Assembly (NCBI RefSeq): GCF_006345805.1
Contig: NW_021836147.1
Span: 1 to 64,000, forward strand
Length of the DNA: 64,000 nucleotides
Source of the DNA: Octopus sinensis
Lineage: Eukaryota
Reading direction: 5' to 3'
Made by a program: the position numbers and the translations under genes. Positions within the stretch are counted from its first letter, which is position 1; the number at the start of each line of letters is the position of its first letter. The notes beneath the pieces are model-generated. The model ran no database searches, was not told the origin of the DNA, and worked only from the letters and a program-made list of their open reading frames with translations. Positions 52,056 to 64,000 of this stretch are shown here, in pieces.

Positions 52056-53418
52056 TCAATGTGTGCACTTATTACAATACAATACAATACTCTCTGTGCA
52101 AGACATAACATATATTTAGTTAAAGCTGATTTGTTATTTATGCTTACAATTGAAATCCACTGGCAACCAAATTTAAATCCCATCCCATCCTCAGTCTTTC
52201 TCTTCCTGTCTCCCTCTCCCTCCCTCTCTCTCCCTCCCTCTCTCTCTCTCTCTGTTACTAACCAGCATTAATATACAAGTATTGAATTGAAGTATGTCTT
52301 CAAATGGCTTTATAAATACATTGATGTACAAGATTTATTTGATGGTTGATAATAATCGAAGGTGTAATTACCTTCCATTCCATTGAAGACAAAATCTTGC
52401 TACTTTATATATATATTTTTTTTTTGCTTGTTTTTGTTTTCGTTGTTAGATTGTTTTATTTCCTTGCTATTAATATGTATATAATGTTTCATGACAACAA
52501 TAAACAGCAAGGTACTACCGCTATAGAAAATGAAATATATATAAATGGTTACAAATTACACAGATAGATTATCCAAATTGAAATGATATTATAATTGGCA
52601 GCTTCTGGACAGAATAATGATTAACATTATTAGAACTACAGTAATCACTGCTTCCAACACTCTTTTACCCAACTCTGCAATCTATAGTTTCTATCTCTGG
52701 TGTTTTCAGATCTTTATCAATTTTCATCATATTCATTAATATTTATTGCTATTCCTTTTTAATGCCCTATTTAAAGCACATAAGGACGGAGAACCAAAGT
52801 GAATAAAAATTATCTGGTTTTCAATTGCATCCTTCAGTGAACAATTAACTTATCAAAGAAAGAAAATCTGTTTTAAGAATGGCTTATCAAATATTAGGAG
52901 TTAAAATGACATAATGTATCAAAGAAATTTCTAGCATTTATTGTAAAAAGTAAAAACCAAAATAAATATTTGCTTTACTTAATGGTAAATCTCAAGGTAT
53001 TTGCTTTTTGACAGAAACCAGAATGCTGTTTGCTAAACCTGAAATTCAGAATGCAATTTTCTAGACTTAAACTATTTACTTTTTCTACCTAATGTTGCTT
53101 GCTAGCCAATAATTTAAAATTAATTTGAAAGATGACAGAAATTAGTTGCTTTCTCATCTTCTATGCCATCATCACCAAACATCAGATGCCACAACTGATT
53201 TACTGGCATTAGTTAGAACATCTATTTTCAAATGATTTCATCAGTGTGTTTATCAAATGTCTTTGTCAATAAATGTACTTTAATGAAGTACAGACAAATA
53301 TGGTAATCATTTTTAAGGAAATTGTAAATGGGAATTTTGCTTTAATGGTATCATTTTCCTTAGTCCTCAATAGCCTTTTTGATCATCCTTATGATAGTTT
53401 ACTTAAGAAAGATGAGCT

Positions 53419-53755
53419 GCATCATGGAATAAGATACATCATAGAATAATGATTCATCATAAAATAAGATACATCATAGAATAACGATGAATCATAGAAT
53501 AATGATGCATCATGGGATAAGACATCATAGAATAATGAGGCATTATTGGATAAGGTACATCATAGAATAATGTTGCATCATGAAATAAGATACATCATGG
53601 AATAAGTATGAATCATAGAATAAGCTACATCGTAGAATAATGATGCATCATGGGATAGGAAATCATAGAATAATGATGCATCATTGGATAAGGTACATCA
53701 TAGAATAATGTTGCATCATGAAATAAGATACATCATGGAATAATGAGACATCTTA
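53419..53755. repeat. 17/18-bp mixed minisatellite with a 138-bp higher-order repeat
   Basis: CATCATAGAATAATGATG and CATCATGGAATAAGATA units; 53495-53605 approximately equals 53633-53743. Confidence 0.9.
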
Positions 53756-54902
53756 GGTGAGTGATGCACCATGTGTCAAGAACTTAGATTCACTGCTAAA
53801 CTGTCATTTGATTTTCAGGTGGAGTACTTTATTCTGGATTGCTTTAGTTTTTAAGGATTGATAGCAGATCAAAATGAAAACTTTCGGTCTTAGACTTGAG
53901 GCTATCATTCAGTTTTAGACCATCATACTTTGTTTGATTTGGATTGCTGATTACATACAACCATGAAGAGCATAGCAGCTTGTTTATTATTAAATTCCTC
54001 ATGCAAAGATCTCTACTACTAAATGCAAATCTTCTACAGTCAATAGCAATTCCAGCCACCTCTATTACAAACATTTTAGTATATTCCTGTTCATATCGGC
54101 TAAAATTTTGTTTGATCACAACTGATTGCACAATCTGCATCAATTGAATAGACTTCTGGAACAGAGTAAATCAATCCTTCACACATATTAAACAGAATAT
54201 GAGGAATTTATTTGAATACAAGTTGTTTTATCATACTTACTAAAAGCTTTATATTCAACCTGGCTTCACATCAATGCACAATTTGTTAGAATCATCAAAT
54301 AATTAACATCCTTGCCATCATTTCCCCACCCTCATTCCTATCAGTAGAAGCACCATTGTTAGTATTTTCCAGATATTGTGAAAGGCATTGCCATCATCGT
54401 TCCCAACACATATTGTCATCATAATTGTCTCACTAATTCTAACCTGTGCTTCTATTATGTTAGCTCAGCCTTTGTTTATTTCATCCACTTCTATTAGTCA
54501 CAATTGATCCCAATGTTCTATACATTACTTGCGTATTTTCTAAACCATTATCTGAATGACAACCCCAATCTACTGAAATTGTATGGTATTTCTTCATATG
54601 GCTCTCACTAAATTTCTGTATTTGTTCAATTTTCCAGAATCGAAGTGAGCCAATAAGCAAGATTCTATGTGCTTGCACAACCTGCTAGAAATAGCAGTAA
54701 ATCTCCTTAAATCACATTTTACTGATTTAACAAAAAGTCATTTGTGATGTTGTCTTACATGCACAAAAGACTGGGGTGGTTATATCTGCAATATTTTTGA
54801 TCGTGAATCTACTTGCTCAAGGACCTGGGACAAACAGCTGCACTAACTAGACTCCCTCATAATAATGCCAAAACCCCCCAATTTTCTAAATGTCTTATTC
54901 CT

Positions 54903-55134
54903 ATTTGTTTACTACCCATAAGGTGCTAAACACAGAGAGGACAAACAAGGGCAGACTAACGGATTAAATCGATTATATCGCCCCCAGTGTGTAACTGGTA
55001 CTTAATTTATCGACCCTGAAAGGATGAAAGGCTAAGTCGGCCTCGGCGGAATTTGAACTCAGAACGTAATGGCAGACGAAATACCACTAAACATTTCGCC
55101 CGGCATACTAACGTTTCTGCCAGCTCGCCGCCTT
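54903..55134 (-). mobile_element. SINE family B, full length
   Basis: 16-bp TSD TAAATGTCTTATTCCT at 54887-54902 and 55135-55150. Confidence 0.9.
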
Positions 55135-56009
55135 TAAATGTCTTATTCCTGTAAAGGCTTATAACTTCGTTCATACCATCTATTCTTTTAAATATGAAAG
55201 AAACATTTGTAAAAGCTGACAGTATTTTCTGGAAAATCTTTTGTTCCAATAGATTGATCAAATTTATCATTAAATATAGAAAACAAGAAATATGACGAAT
55301 GGCAACTTCAGCATTTTGCAAAGGAAATAATTACCACTTTGCTTTTTACCTCAAATAAATGTTCTGTTCAAAGAATATTTTACACAAGGGAGTTTTTATA
55401 AATAAACTTTCAGTATTTTAACTGAAAATTCATGTGGTTGAATTCACAATTTAATCAAATTTACATGTAGAACAAAACAGTGTTAAGAAATGAACAAAGA
55501 AAGAGAATGAAATGTTTCCTTCTTTGCTGTAAGAAACGTTGCAATTTACATTGCAAGCAAACAAATATTGAGTTAATATTTTCATAAGAAAGTTTGTGTC
55601 ACTATTTCAGTAAGTTATGATAAATATTACAGTATATATTGTAAAGAATAAGAAAACTATTGCCATATTGGTATTGGAATACTATTGTCAAGAGACAAGT
55701 GGACATTTATGCATGAATTAATTTGATATGGTGTATAAATATAACTACACAGTTCTTGACAAGGGCAGGTCATTTACTTCATTCTTGTCATTGATATACT
55801 GGTGCTTGTAGATAAGAGTTAATCTGTCATTACAACAATATTGTAAGCTACATAACAGACTATCATTTATTCTTTTAGATTAACACTTAGCTGTAATATT
55901 TCCATTTTAGCTTGCTTTCTATTTTCTTTCTCAGTATCTCAATGTAGTTCTGGAAGTAAGATTTGAACTCCTAAATAAACAAGAAAGCATATATTACCCA
56001 TTTAATAAT

Positions 56010-56425
56010 ACCTTTATATTTCGTTTTGGGGATTTGGTTTGCAAGATTCTTTATATGAGTTCGTGTGTTGAAGCATAGTCTGTTGTGTCTGGGGAGAGTC
56101 ATTTTCTTTTTGTGCCTTATAATGTAAAATTTCCACTTTTTTGGTGCTCTCCTTTCTGAGCGGCTTGATTGGTATTAAATCAACACATGTGACCGCCTGG
56201 CCCAGAGAGCCTTGGTTGTAGCAGAAACGACTGGCAGACGACATGGCAAACAAACATGGTAAAATTTCCACTTTTTTCTTATTTTTATTTTCCTAAAATT
56301 TTCGTTGCATCTTGCAACGAAAAGTTTAAGAAAATAAAAATAACAAAAAAGTGGAAATTTTACTGGTGAGTGTGTTAAATTATAAGGCACAAAAAGAAAA
56401 TGACTCTCCCCAGACACAACAGAAT
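56010..56425. repeat. Fold-back copy of the 7.4-7.7 kb family with a 116-bp insert
   Basis: Arms start at 56079 and end at 56423; centre CGTTGCA-TCT-TGCAACG at about 56311. Confidence 0.85.
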
Positions 56426-58074
56426 ACCTTTATAGTTATTCAGAAACTGTAGATTCTAACATAACAAGACACACAATAACCACAAGATGATGATTTAATA
56501 GGCACAGTCATGCCCATGTGGTTGAGAAGCTCACCTTGAACCCATATAGTTTTGTGTTCAGTTCTACTGCTCTGCACCTTGAACAAGTGACTTCTACTAC
56601 AGTTCCAGGCCAGCCAATAGCTTGTGAGCGAATTTTATTGACAAACATTGTATAGAAGCCTATCATACCCACATACATATCATATCAAGGTTCTGTGAAT
56701 AAAGACAGTGACCCGAGAATATAATGCCAGATTTAGAAAAATATGGCAGTCGAAACTCTTTTCTTACAAGACAATATCTCACAATGCATCTGCAGCACCA
56801 GTGTTAATTCCAATAATTGGGGTACTTTATCGGTCTGTAGAAGAGATCCACTTCATAGACGTTAAAACCAGCATGATACTGACATCAACCAGAAATTTCC
56901 ACAGAAATAGTGATATCAACGGGCTCTACTGAAGAGGGGATAAAGGAAATAGAGTCTTGATATTAGTGCAGACATCCTTCAAATAAGCAACAACAGCAAA
57001 AATAAATACATTAACTTAGTGCTGAAAAATGAAGGGAACTATATCTTACTTGTTGGCAGTGAGCTGATATAAAATATTTAACGAAAGAAACTAATGTGGC
57101 TGGTAGATGTTGGCTACTATTGTTAGTTGAGCTAATTTGCTAACTGCTAGAAGCTGTATCTGATTACTGAAGTTAAGAGCTGACTGTTATTTCTAGCGTC
57201 GGAGGTCAACAGTTGTGCATAGAAGAAAGCGACGAAATCTGGTGAGATTTACACAAACTTTATCTCTGGTTGAGAGAGGCTGAATGTGATTGTGTTTGGT
57301 TTAACGGATAGAAATAGTACTACGACAAATGTTTAGAGACTAAATGTTATTGAAATAGTATTAAGATAAAAGTTGAGAGAGTTTGAGTGATATTATAACT
57401 GAAATAGTATCAGAAAAGTTACTGCTAGTCATTGTATTACCGGGGATAGTTTGTCATGGTGATATCAGCTAGGTTCAGCCGCTGCTCATGTCTGTTCGCC
57501 ATGTCGTCTGCCAGTCGTCTCTGCTACAACCAAGGCTCTCTGAGTCGGGTGGTCACATGTGTTGATTTAATAGCGATCGAGAGGCTCAGAAGGGTGAGCA
57601 CCAAAAATTGATATCAGTCGCTGGAGCCATTTTCCACATGAAGTCGCAATTGGCCAGATACCTGTTGATCAAGTGGGCAATATTCCAGTGAATCTCAACA
57701 TTCTGGTGAATGATGAATATTCTCACTACTTTAATAAGCAAGGATTGTAAAAGAAGATGGGTATTCGCATATGTAGAATATCCTTCTAATTTAGTGACAA
57801 AAATAAGACAAGTCTTTTCGGACATGAGAAAAACGTATAAAAATTTATTTTCTAAAGTTTCAAAAATCAGACAAACTAGAAACTGGAACTAAATTTTAAA
57901 TTTTTGGCAAATCAGCCGATGGAAAAAGTGACTGACCAGTACGTGATCAATTCATGAAAAGAATGGGTAGCTTGAGAAAGAGGAAGAAGGTACTTTGATG
58001 CCTTGTGAAGTAGGAGAGAATGTAAGTTGGGAAAGCACTGGTGTGTTCAGAGAAAGATAGAAAGTGTGAAAGAG

Positions 58075-58290
<216 letters not shown>

Positions 58291-59052
58291 TAGATATAGA
58301 GCGAGGGAAGTGTGTATGAGTTAGTGTCTGACTGACAGAGCTGTTTCAGAAGAATAAAAAACAGAGTTGGGAATGATGAAACGAAAAGAGGAATAGATAA
58401 AATGTTAGAGATAAATAGGTATAAAGTAGGAAGCAAAGTAGAAAAATGCAATGATAGAAAGATAAATGGATGCAAGCATTGAAAGAAAAGTACGTATAAG
58501 GAGAGAAAAAATGACAAAGATAATTATCTAGTGAAAATGCTCGATAGAGAAAGCTATAGAAAAGTAAGTGTAAAGAAATAAGAATAAATAGGTTGGTAGA
58601 TGTGTAGAGACAGAAAGATAGATAGGGAGCGATAGAGAAACGATAGATAGGAAGATAGATTGATATAGAGAATGAGGGGGAAAATAGAAAGATTAACAGA
58701 GATCGTACGAACGGAGGAAGGATAATGCGCGTTTTGACCTCGCGAAAAGGACTGATTTTAACGAACCAGGAAATGAGAAATAACCGGACTGATCGATTCA
58801 GAAAAAAGAATAGGTAGTTGGGAAAACAGGAAGGTTACATGGTGCCTTTTGAGAGGAGAGAGAAAAAGGGTATCAGTGGGTTGAGAGAAAGATAACGAGT
58901 GAGAGAGAGAGGAAGGATTATTGCAGAGATAAAACAGAGTAGGGAGTGGAGTGAAACGAAAAGCGTCATGGAAGGATGAGTAGATGGGTAAATAGAGAGA
59001 AGACTAAATGGATGTAACTGTAGAGTGAAAGGCATAAAACGATAGAGATTAA

Positions 59053-59091
<39 letters not shown>

Positions 59092-59147
59092 AGAAATATT
59101 GAATTTCTAAATCTCTCGTAGAGACATGTACGGTGGTGGGGCGATAG

Positions 59148-59374
59148 AATGGTTGTATACTGTCAATCTAACAAGAACGTGAGAGTAGGAGGTACACCAC
59201 CGTTGTATAGCCCTAGGAGGCATCGAACGCCTCCTGACAGCTTCGACACATGTATATAAGGACACAGGAAAAAAATGTGTCGAAGCTGTCAGGAGGCGTT
59301 CGATGCCTCCTAGGGCTATACAACGGTGGTGTACCCCCTACTGTCACGTTCTTGTTAGATTGACAGTATACAAC

Positions 59375-59378
<4 letters not shown>
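59148..59378. repeat. Fold-back element, 104-bp near-perfect arms, 23-bp spacer, near (AT)n
   Basis: Arms 59148-59251 and 59275-59378. Confidence 0.9.
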
Positions 59379-59405
<27 letters not shown>

Positions 59406-59520
59406 GTAATCACTTGACTATCGTAGGTGTTACGTTCCAAACCACCCCATGATTGGTAAAAATCTGCAAAGTAGAATCAGTACTGTACTGTATATTTTTC
59501 ATTATTTTTTATAATTTGTA

Positions 59521-59762
59521 CATCATCATCATCATCGTTTAACGTCCATTTTCCATGCTAGCATGGGTTGGACGGTTCGACCGGGGTCTGGGAAGCCAGG
59601 AGGCTGCACCAGGCTCCAGTCTGATCTGGCAGTGTTTCTACAGCTCGATGCCCTTCCTAACACCTTGAGTGTAGTGGGTGCTTTTTCGTGCCACCGGCAC
59701 AGGGGCCAGAGGAGGCAGGCAACGGTCACGATTGGTTGGTGCTTTTTACGTGCCACCGGCAC
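59521..59762 (-). mobile_element. Retroposon 3' fragment with (GAT)n tail (RTE-partner SINE or LINE tail)
   Basis: Minus strand ends CCAACCCATGCTAGCATGGAAAATGGACGTTAAACGATGATGATGATG. Confidence 0.65.
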
Positions 59763-59956
59763 GTATATATTAATTTTATTTTTATAATTCGTATATATTT
59801 ATTTTATTATTTTATTATATTCAAGCTTTTATAAACTCTCCGCACGCGCTAACTTGAACGCTAAGTTCACGAGCAGGCTGTTCCTTTGATCAGATCAAGT
59901 GGAACCCTCATCGTGGTAACCGTCGGAGTGCCAGTTCAGTTACAAGCAAATTATCA

Positions 59957-60309
59957 TCTTCTCTCTATATATAAACGGCAGTTTGCCTGTGTGTCTGTTA
60001 GGTTGTACCCTCACCCTGACCACGGCTTTTAACCGATTCTGATGAAACTTGACACACACATAGCCCGATGTCATAATTCAAAACTAACGTTCCCCCAGTT
60101 CTGAAAAAAATCGATAAATTCGACATGGGGTCGAGAATCAGGAACACAAACCACAGACTGTCTAGGGGACGCAACTCGACCTTTTTTACTCTCAAAAAAT
60201 TTAGCATAATTTTTTTTCCATTTTTTTGCTATTTTTGGCTATAACTCTCTAAAAATGCTTTATAGTTATTTCCCTTACAAACCCGAGCAACGCCGGGCGA
60301 TACTGCTAG
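59957..60309 (+). mobile_element. Non-autonomous Helitron
   Basis: 5' TC after A, subterminal hairpin CCCGAGCAACGCCGGG, 3' CTAG followed by T, no TSD. Confidence 0.85.
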
Positions 60310-61650
60310 TTAACGATAAAACTAGCACAGTTTAAAAACAAAAACAAAACAAAAATATTTTAATAACAAAAACAAAAACGGGGAAAAAATAGATTTAGTA
60401 TCTAAGCTGGTGAGGGCGTCTTAGGTCTAATGCAGTGAGATGAACAGCATGGTCACTCAGCAGGTGATAGATACTGTATTTTTCAGTACACAAGTCGAGT
60501 CTTTCAGACCTATATTTACAGCCGAAAGAGTTGGATCGACTTATATGCCAGAACGACTTTGGAGGACGAAAGATTCGTTAAATGCAATAGGATTCGGAAA
60601 AGCAGTGACAATGTTTGAATGTTTGCACTACATTTTTACACTATATACATAACTATGTAGGAAAATATGGTATGTAATTTGAGACTTGACTGTGGGATTG
60701 TTATTTTTTAGTCATTTATTAATGTACGGAAAGGCAGCAACTATGATTCATAATTTTTTTCAGAGCCTTTCAGATGAAGAAAGAAGGATGAAATTGTTTA
60801 CAAATGCCGCGAAATGAACACCAGTAAAACTTCACTCCGTTTTAGTCCCGGTGGTGGTCTAAAAGTAGGTGAAAGATTAACATTGCCACAAAGAAACTTA
60901 GAATACAAAGAGCCTGAACATATGTCGTAAGATATCATTGGAGATTGTAGATTGGTTTGTTATTTTACCACCCGAGAAAGAATAATAATCATAATTTTGC
61001 AAACATGAACACATACACACACATAAATATAAGTCATGCGTGTGTATATAAATGTGTGTGTGTGTGTGTGTGTTTGTGTGTGTATGTATATAAATTAGAG
61101 AAGAACCACCATGTAGCAATTCATGAATGATATAATTAAATCATACCATATAGAAAAAAATTAAATATACGATAAAACATTTACCTAGAACTAAATAAAG
61201 TACAAAATAATAAATAAATAGTATATAATTATATACGGTTATCAATTTGTGCTGCAAAATTCCTGATGTGAAATCGTGTGTTGAATCCGATAGTGTCGTA
61301 TTTTGGGATGGTCATGTTTTTTTTGGGTTTTTTTAAATAAACACAGGCACTATAGATCTTTTCATCACTCGTTTATTACTGTTCTTATTTTATTATTTTA
61401 ACACATGTCCATACATACATACACACACGCACACACCATTTGTCGAGTAAATATACTACAGCGAAATAGCCTTCCTGTCACCAACCTTCAACTGTTTCCA
61501 AAGTAATATTCTTCAATGGCACGACGTGTCTTTCATGGAATAATAAACACAGATAACATCACTTGTGTGTCGATTTAGCTCGTTTATAACCTCCACGTTA
61601 TATCAAAGCAAGGCTGCATGCAAACACACACACACGCACATCTCTCTATC

Positions 61651-61714
<64 letters not shown>

Positions 61715-61717
<3 letters not shown>

Positions 61718-61920
61718 AGAGTTTACGAAAATAAACAAAAGACGAAGGCAGGTGGTGTACAAAACAAACAGATGTATTAGTATAACGCTCAGGAATAGAA
61801 AAAGTCTTTTACGTTTCGAGCCTACGCTCTTCTACAGAAAGGGACACAGAGAAAAACAAGGAGAGAAACAAGGAGACAAAAAATGTGTGTAGTGGCTAAC
61901 GATCTATCATGGTGACTCAT
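61715..61920 (-). mobile_element. Solo PLE pseudo-LTR (family of 590-793) with HHR-like motif at 61806-61841
   Basis: CTTT-CTGTAGA-A-GAGC(GTAG)GCTC-GAAA-CGTA/AAAG on the reverse strand; (AT)n on both sides. Confidence 0.75.
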
Positions 61921-62204
61921 ATATATATATATAAAGGTAAGCAGAGTAAGTGGTTGGAATAACTGTCTAAGGGATAAGAATATCCGTTCTTACTACCGGT
62001 ATCACCTACCTATGCTATCCCTGGGCATAGGTATGCAAGCACTCTATGCTCATAGGGTACAGGTAATAACTGAATAAACAAAAGTTTATCAGGAATAACA
62101 GAAAATGGAGTAAACTTTTGATCAACAAATTGACCAACGTCGGTTAATTAATTTTTAATCCAAAACATGACATAATATATATGGGTGTGTGTGTAATTTG
62201 TTTT

Positions 62205-62419
62205 TTCTTTTACATGCTTTAGCCATTTGACTGCGGGCATGCTGGAGCACCGCCTTTAGTCGAGCAAATCGACCCCAGAGCTTATTCTGTGTATGCATAG
62301 TACTTATTCTATCGATCTCTTGTGCCGAACCGCTAGTTTACGGGGACGTAAACACACCAGCATCAGTTGTCAAGTTATGTTGGAGGGGGACAAACACGGA
62401 CACACAAACAAACACACAC

Positions 62420-62456
<37 letters not shown>

Positions 62457-62712
62457 CATATGCGACGGGCTTCTTCCAGTTTCCGTCTACCAAATTCACT
62501 CACAAGGCTTTGGTTGGCCCGAGGCTATAAGAGAAGACACATATATATAGGCGCAGGAGTGGCTGTATGGTAAGTAGCTTACTTACCAACCACATGGTTC
62601 AGGGTTCAGTCCCACTGCGTGGCACCTTGAGCAAGTGTCTTCTACTATAGCCTCGGGCCGACCAAAGCCTTGTGAATGGATTTGGTAGATGGAAACTGAA
62701 AGAAGTCCGTCG

Positions 62713-62746
<34 letters not shown>

Positions 62747-62988
62747 TGTATGTATGTATGTATGTGTATGTATGTATGTATGTGTATATATGTTTGTGTG
62801 TCTGTATTTGTCCCCGCAGCATCGCTTGACAACCGATTCTGATGTGTTTACGTCCCCGTAACCTAGCGGTTCGGCAAAAAAGACTGATAGAATACGTACA
62901 AGGCTTACAAAGAATAAGTTCTGGGGTTGATTTGCTCGATTAAAGGCGGCGCGCTCCAGCATGGCCGCAGTCAAATGACTGAAACAAG

Positions 62989-62989
<1 letters not shown>
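62205..62989. mobile_element. Divergent (head-to-head) pair of SINE A copies: minus 62205-62540, plus 62550-62989
   Basis: Reverse-complementary bodies separated by (AT)n. Confidence 0.88.
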
Positions 62990-63031
<42 letters not shown>

Positions 63032-63652
63032 CACACATACACACGCACCCGTGTGTTTGTGTCTGTGTGTTAGTGCAAAGCAAAGTTTATCCCAGAAGGA
63101 TTCAAACTCGAGGTGCTGAAAGCTGGAACACGTGCCACAAGCCATTTCAGATATCACTCTAACTCAGATAATTACCTACACACGACCAAGTCGCTGTTCT
63201 TATTGCTATTTTATAACTCAAGTTGATGTTTATAGTATTTAATATCTTTTCTCATTTATTTTTCTGTAATATCATGCATTATATTGATCCAAAAATTCAT
63301 GATTTATAGATTTTATTTCAATAAGGGCATTTACTGCCTGTTAAATACTTTATAGCAAGTAACTTGACAGGTTATTGTGCGTTATATCATATTTCATAGA
63401 ATTTGCGTAAGATGAACAAAAGGTCTTTCTTAATGACCCTATACAATGTCAGCTGAAGGTATTCAATGATCAATAGGTGGACAGACATTAAATACTGTAG
63501 AGGTACCAGTGGGGACTAATTACTATCTGAAGTTTTAATTATAATTAGTTTTGTCATTGATATATGTGTGTGTTTGTGCATACGCGTGCGTGTGTGTATG
63601 CATACATATATAAATAAATATGTATGTATGTATATATATATATATGTCTGAT

Positions 63653-63705
<53 letters not shown>

Positions 63706-64000
63706 TCGAGCGCGTGTGTCTGTGTGCGTGCTCACGCATGTTTAGATAAATATAGTGAAGATCGTTGAAGATAGGTTTAATGATACCCCCTTTTTCTTTT
63801 AAATTTGTTATGAAGTACAGCAGTTCCCTCCTCATTCTCTCATTTACATCTGATGGCCACTTTGAAAGGAGCTGTAACTAGGAAGATGAGAACGATAGTG
63901 CAAGTGATATACCAGGTATGCCAAAATGCCTGGTGTGAAGGAGGGAAAAATCCATCAAAGAACTTGCTACAAGTCAGTGATAGACTGCAGCAGAACTGGA

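Noticed and set aside
53419-53755. CRISPR-like periodicity (also the 593-bp and SINE B arrays)
   Set aside because: No unique spacers between repeats, no cas genes, eukaryotic context
53844-54678. ORFs of 99 aa and 65 aa in non-repetitive DNA (and the similar block at 43300-43800)
   Set aside because: No recognisable domain; possibly old TE debris; a profile search would be needed
63853-63915. ATG...CAG|GTATG possible first exon (MATLKGAVTRKMRTIVQVIYQ)
   Set aside because: Too short to distinguish from chance; downstream context is outside the window

Overview
AT-rich, microsatellite-dense eukaryotic DNA, very probably from an octopus. This is inferred from the tRNA-derived SINE families and the (AT)n/(GATA)n load. 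I cannot support any host-gene exon; the only ORFs in the supplied track that I can recognise as protein-coding belong to transposons, and most of the rest are simple-repeat or SINE read-through. The window contains (i) an apparently full-length Neptune-type Penelope-like element (PLE; RT plus C-terminal GIY-YIG, identical 145-bp pseudo-LTRs) at 12.0-16.7 kb; (ii) a decayed, rearranged Hydra-type PLE at 6.3-9.7 kb; (iii) many solo or fold-back PLE termini; (iv) two internally deleted mariners, a Merlin-like MITE, a non-autonomous Helitron and RTE and CR1/I-like LINE relics; and (v) more than 20 SINE copies of at least three families. The strongest hidden signal is RNA structure: about 13 hammerhead-ribozyme (HHR)-like motifs can be folded by eye. 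They include a non-coding 593-bp tandem unit with a fully canonical HHR whose element end lies 2 nt from the predicted cleavage site (retrozyme-like), a related monomer, and recurrent core variants (CUGUUGA, CUGUAGA or CCGACGA plus an extra A). A 440-bp patchwork assembled from four nearby templates (30.08-30.52 kb) suggests serial template switching. All folds and alignments were done by eye and need computational and biochemical confirmation.
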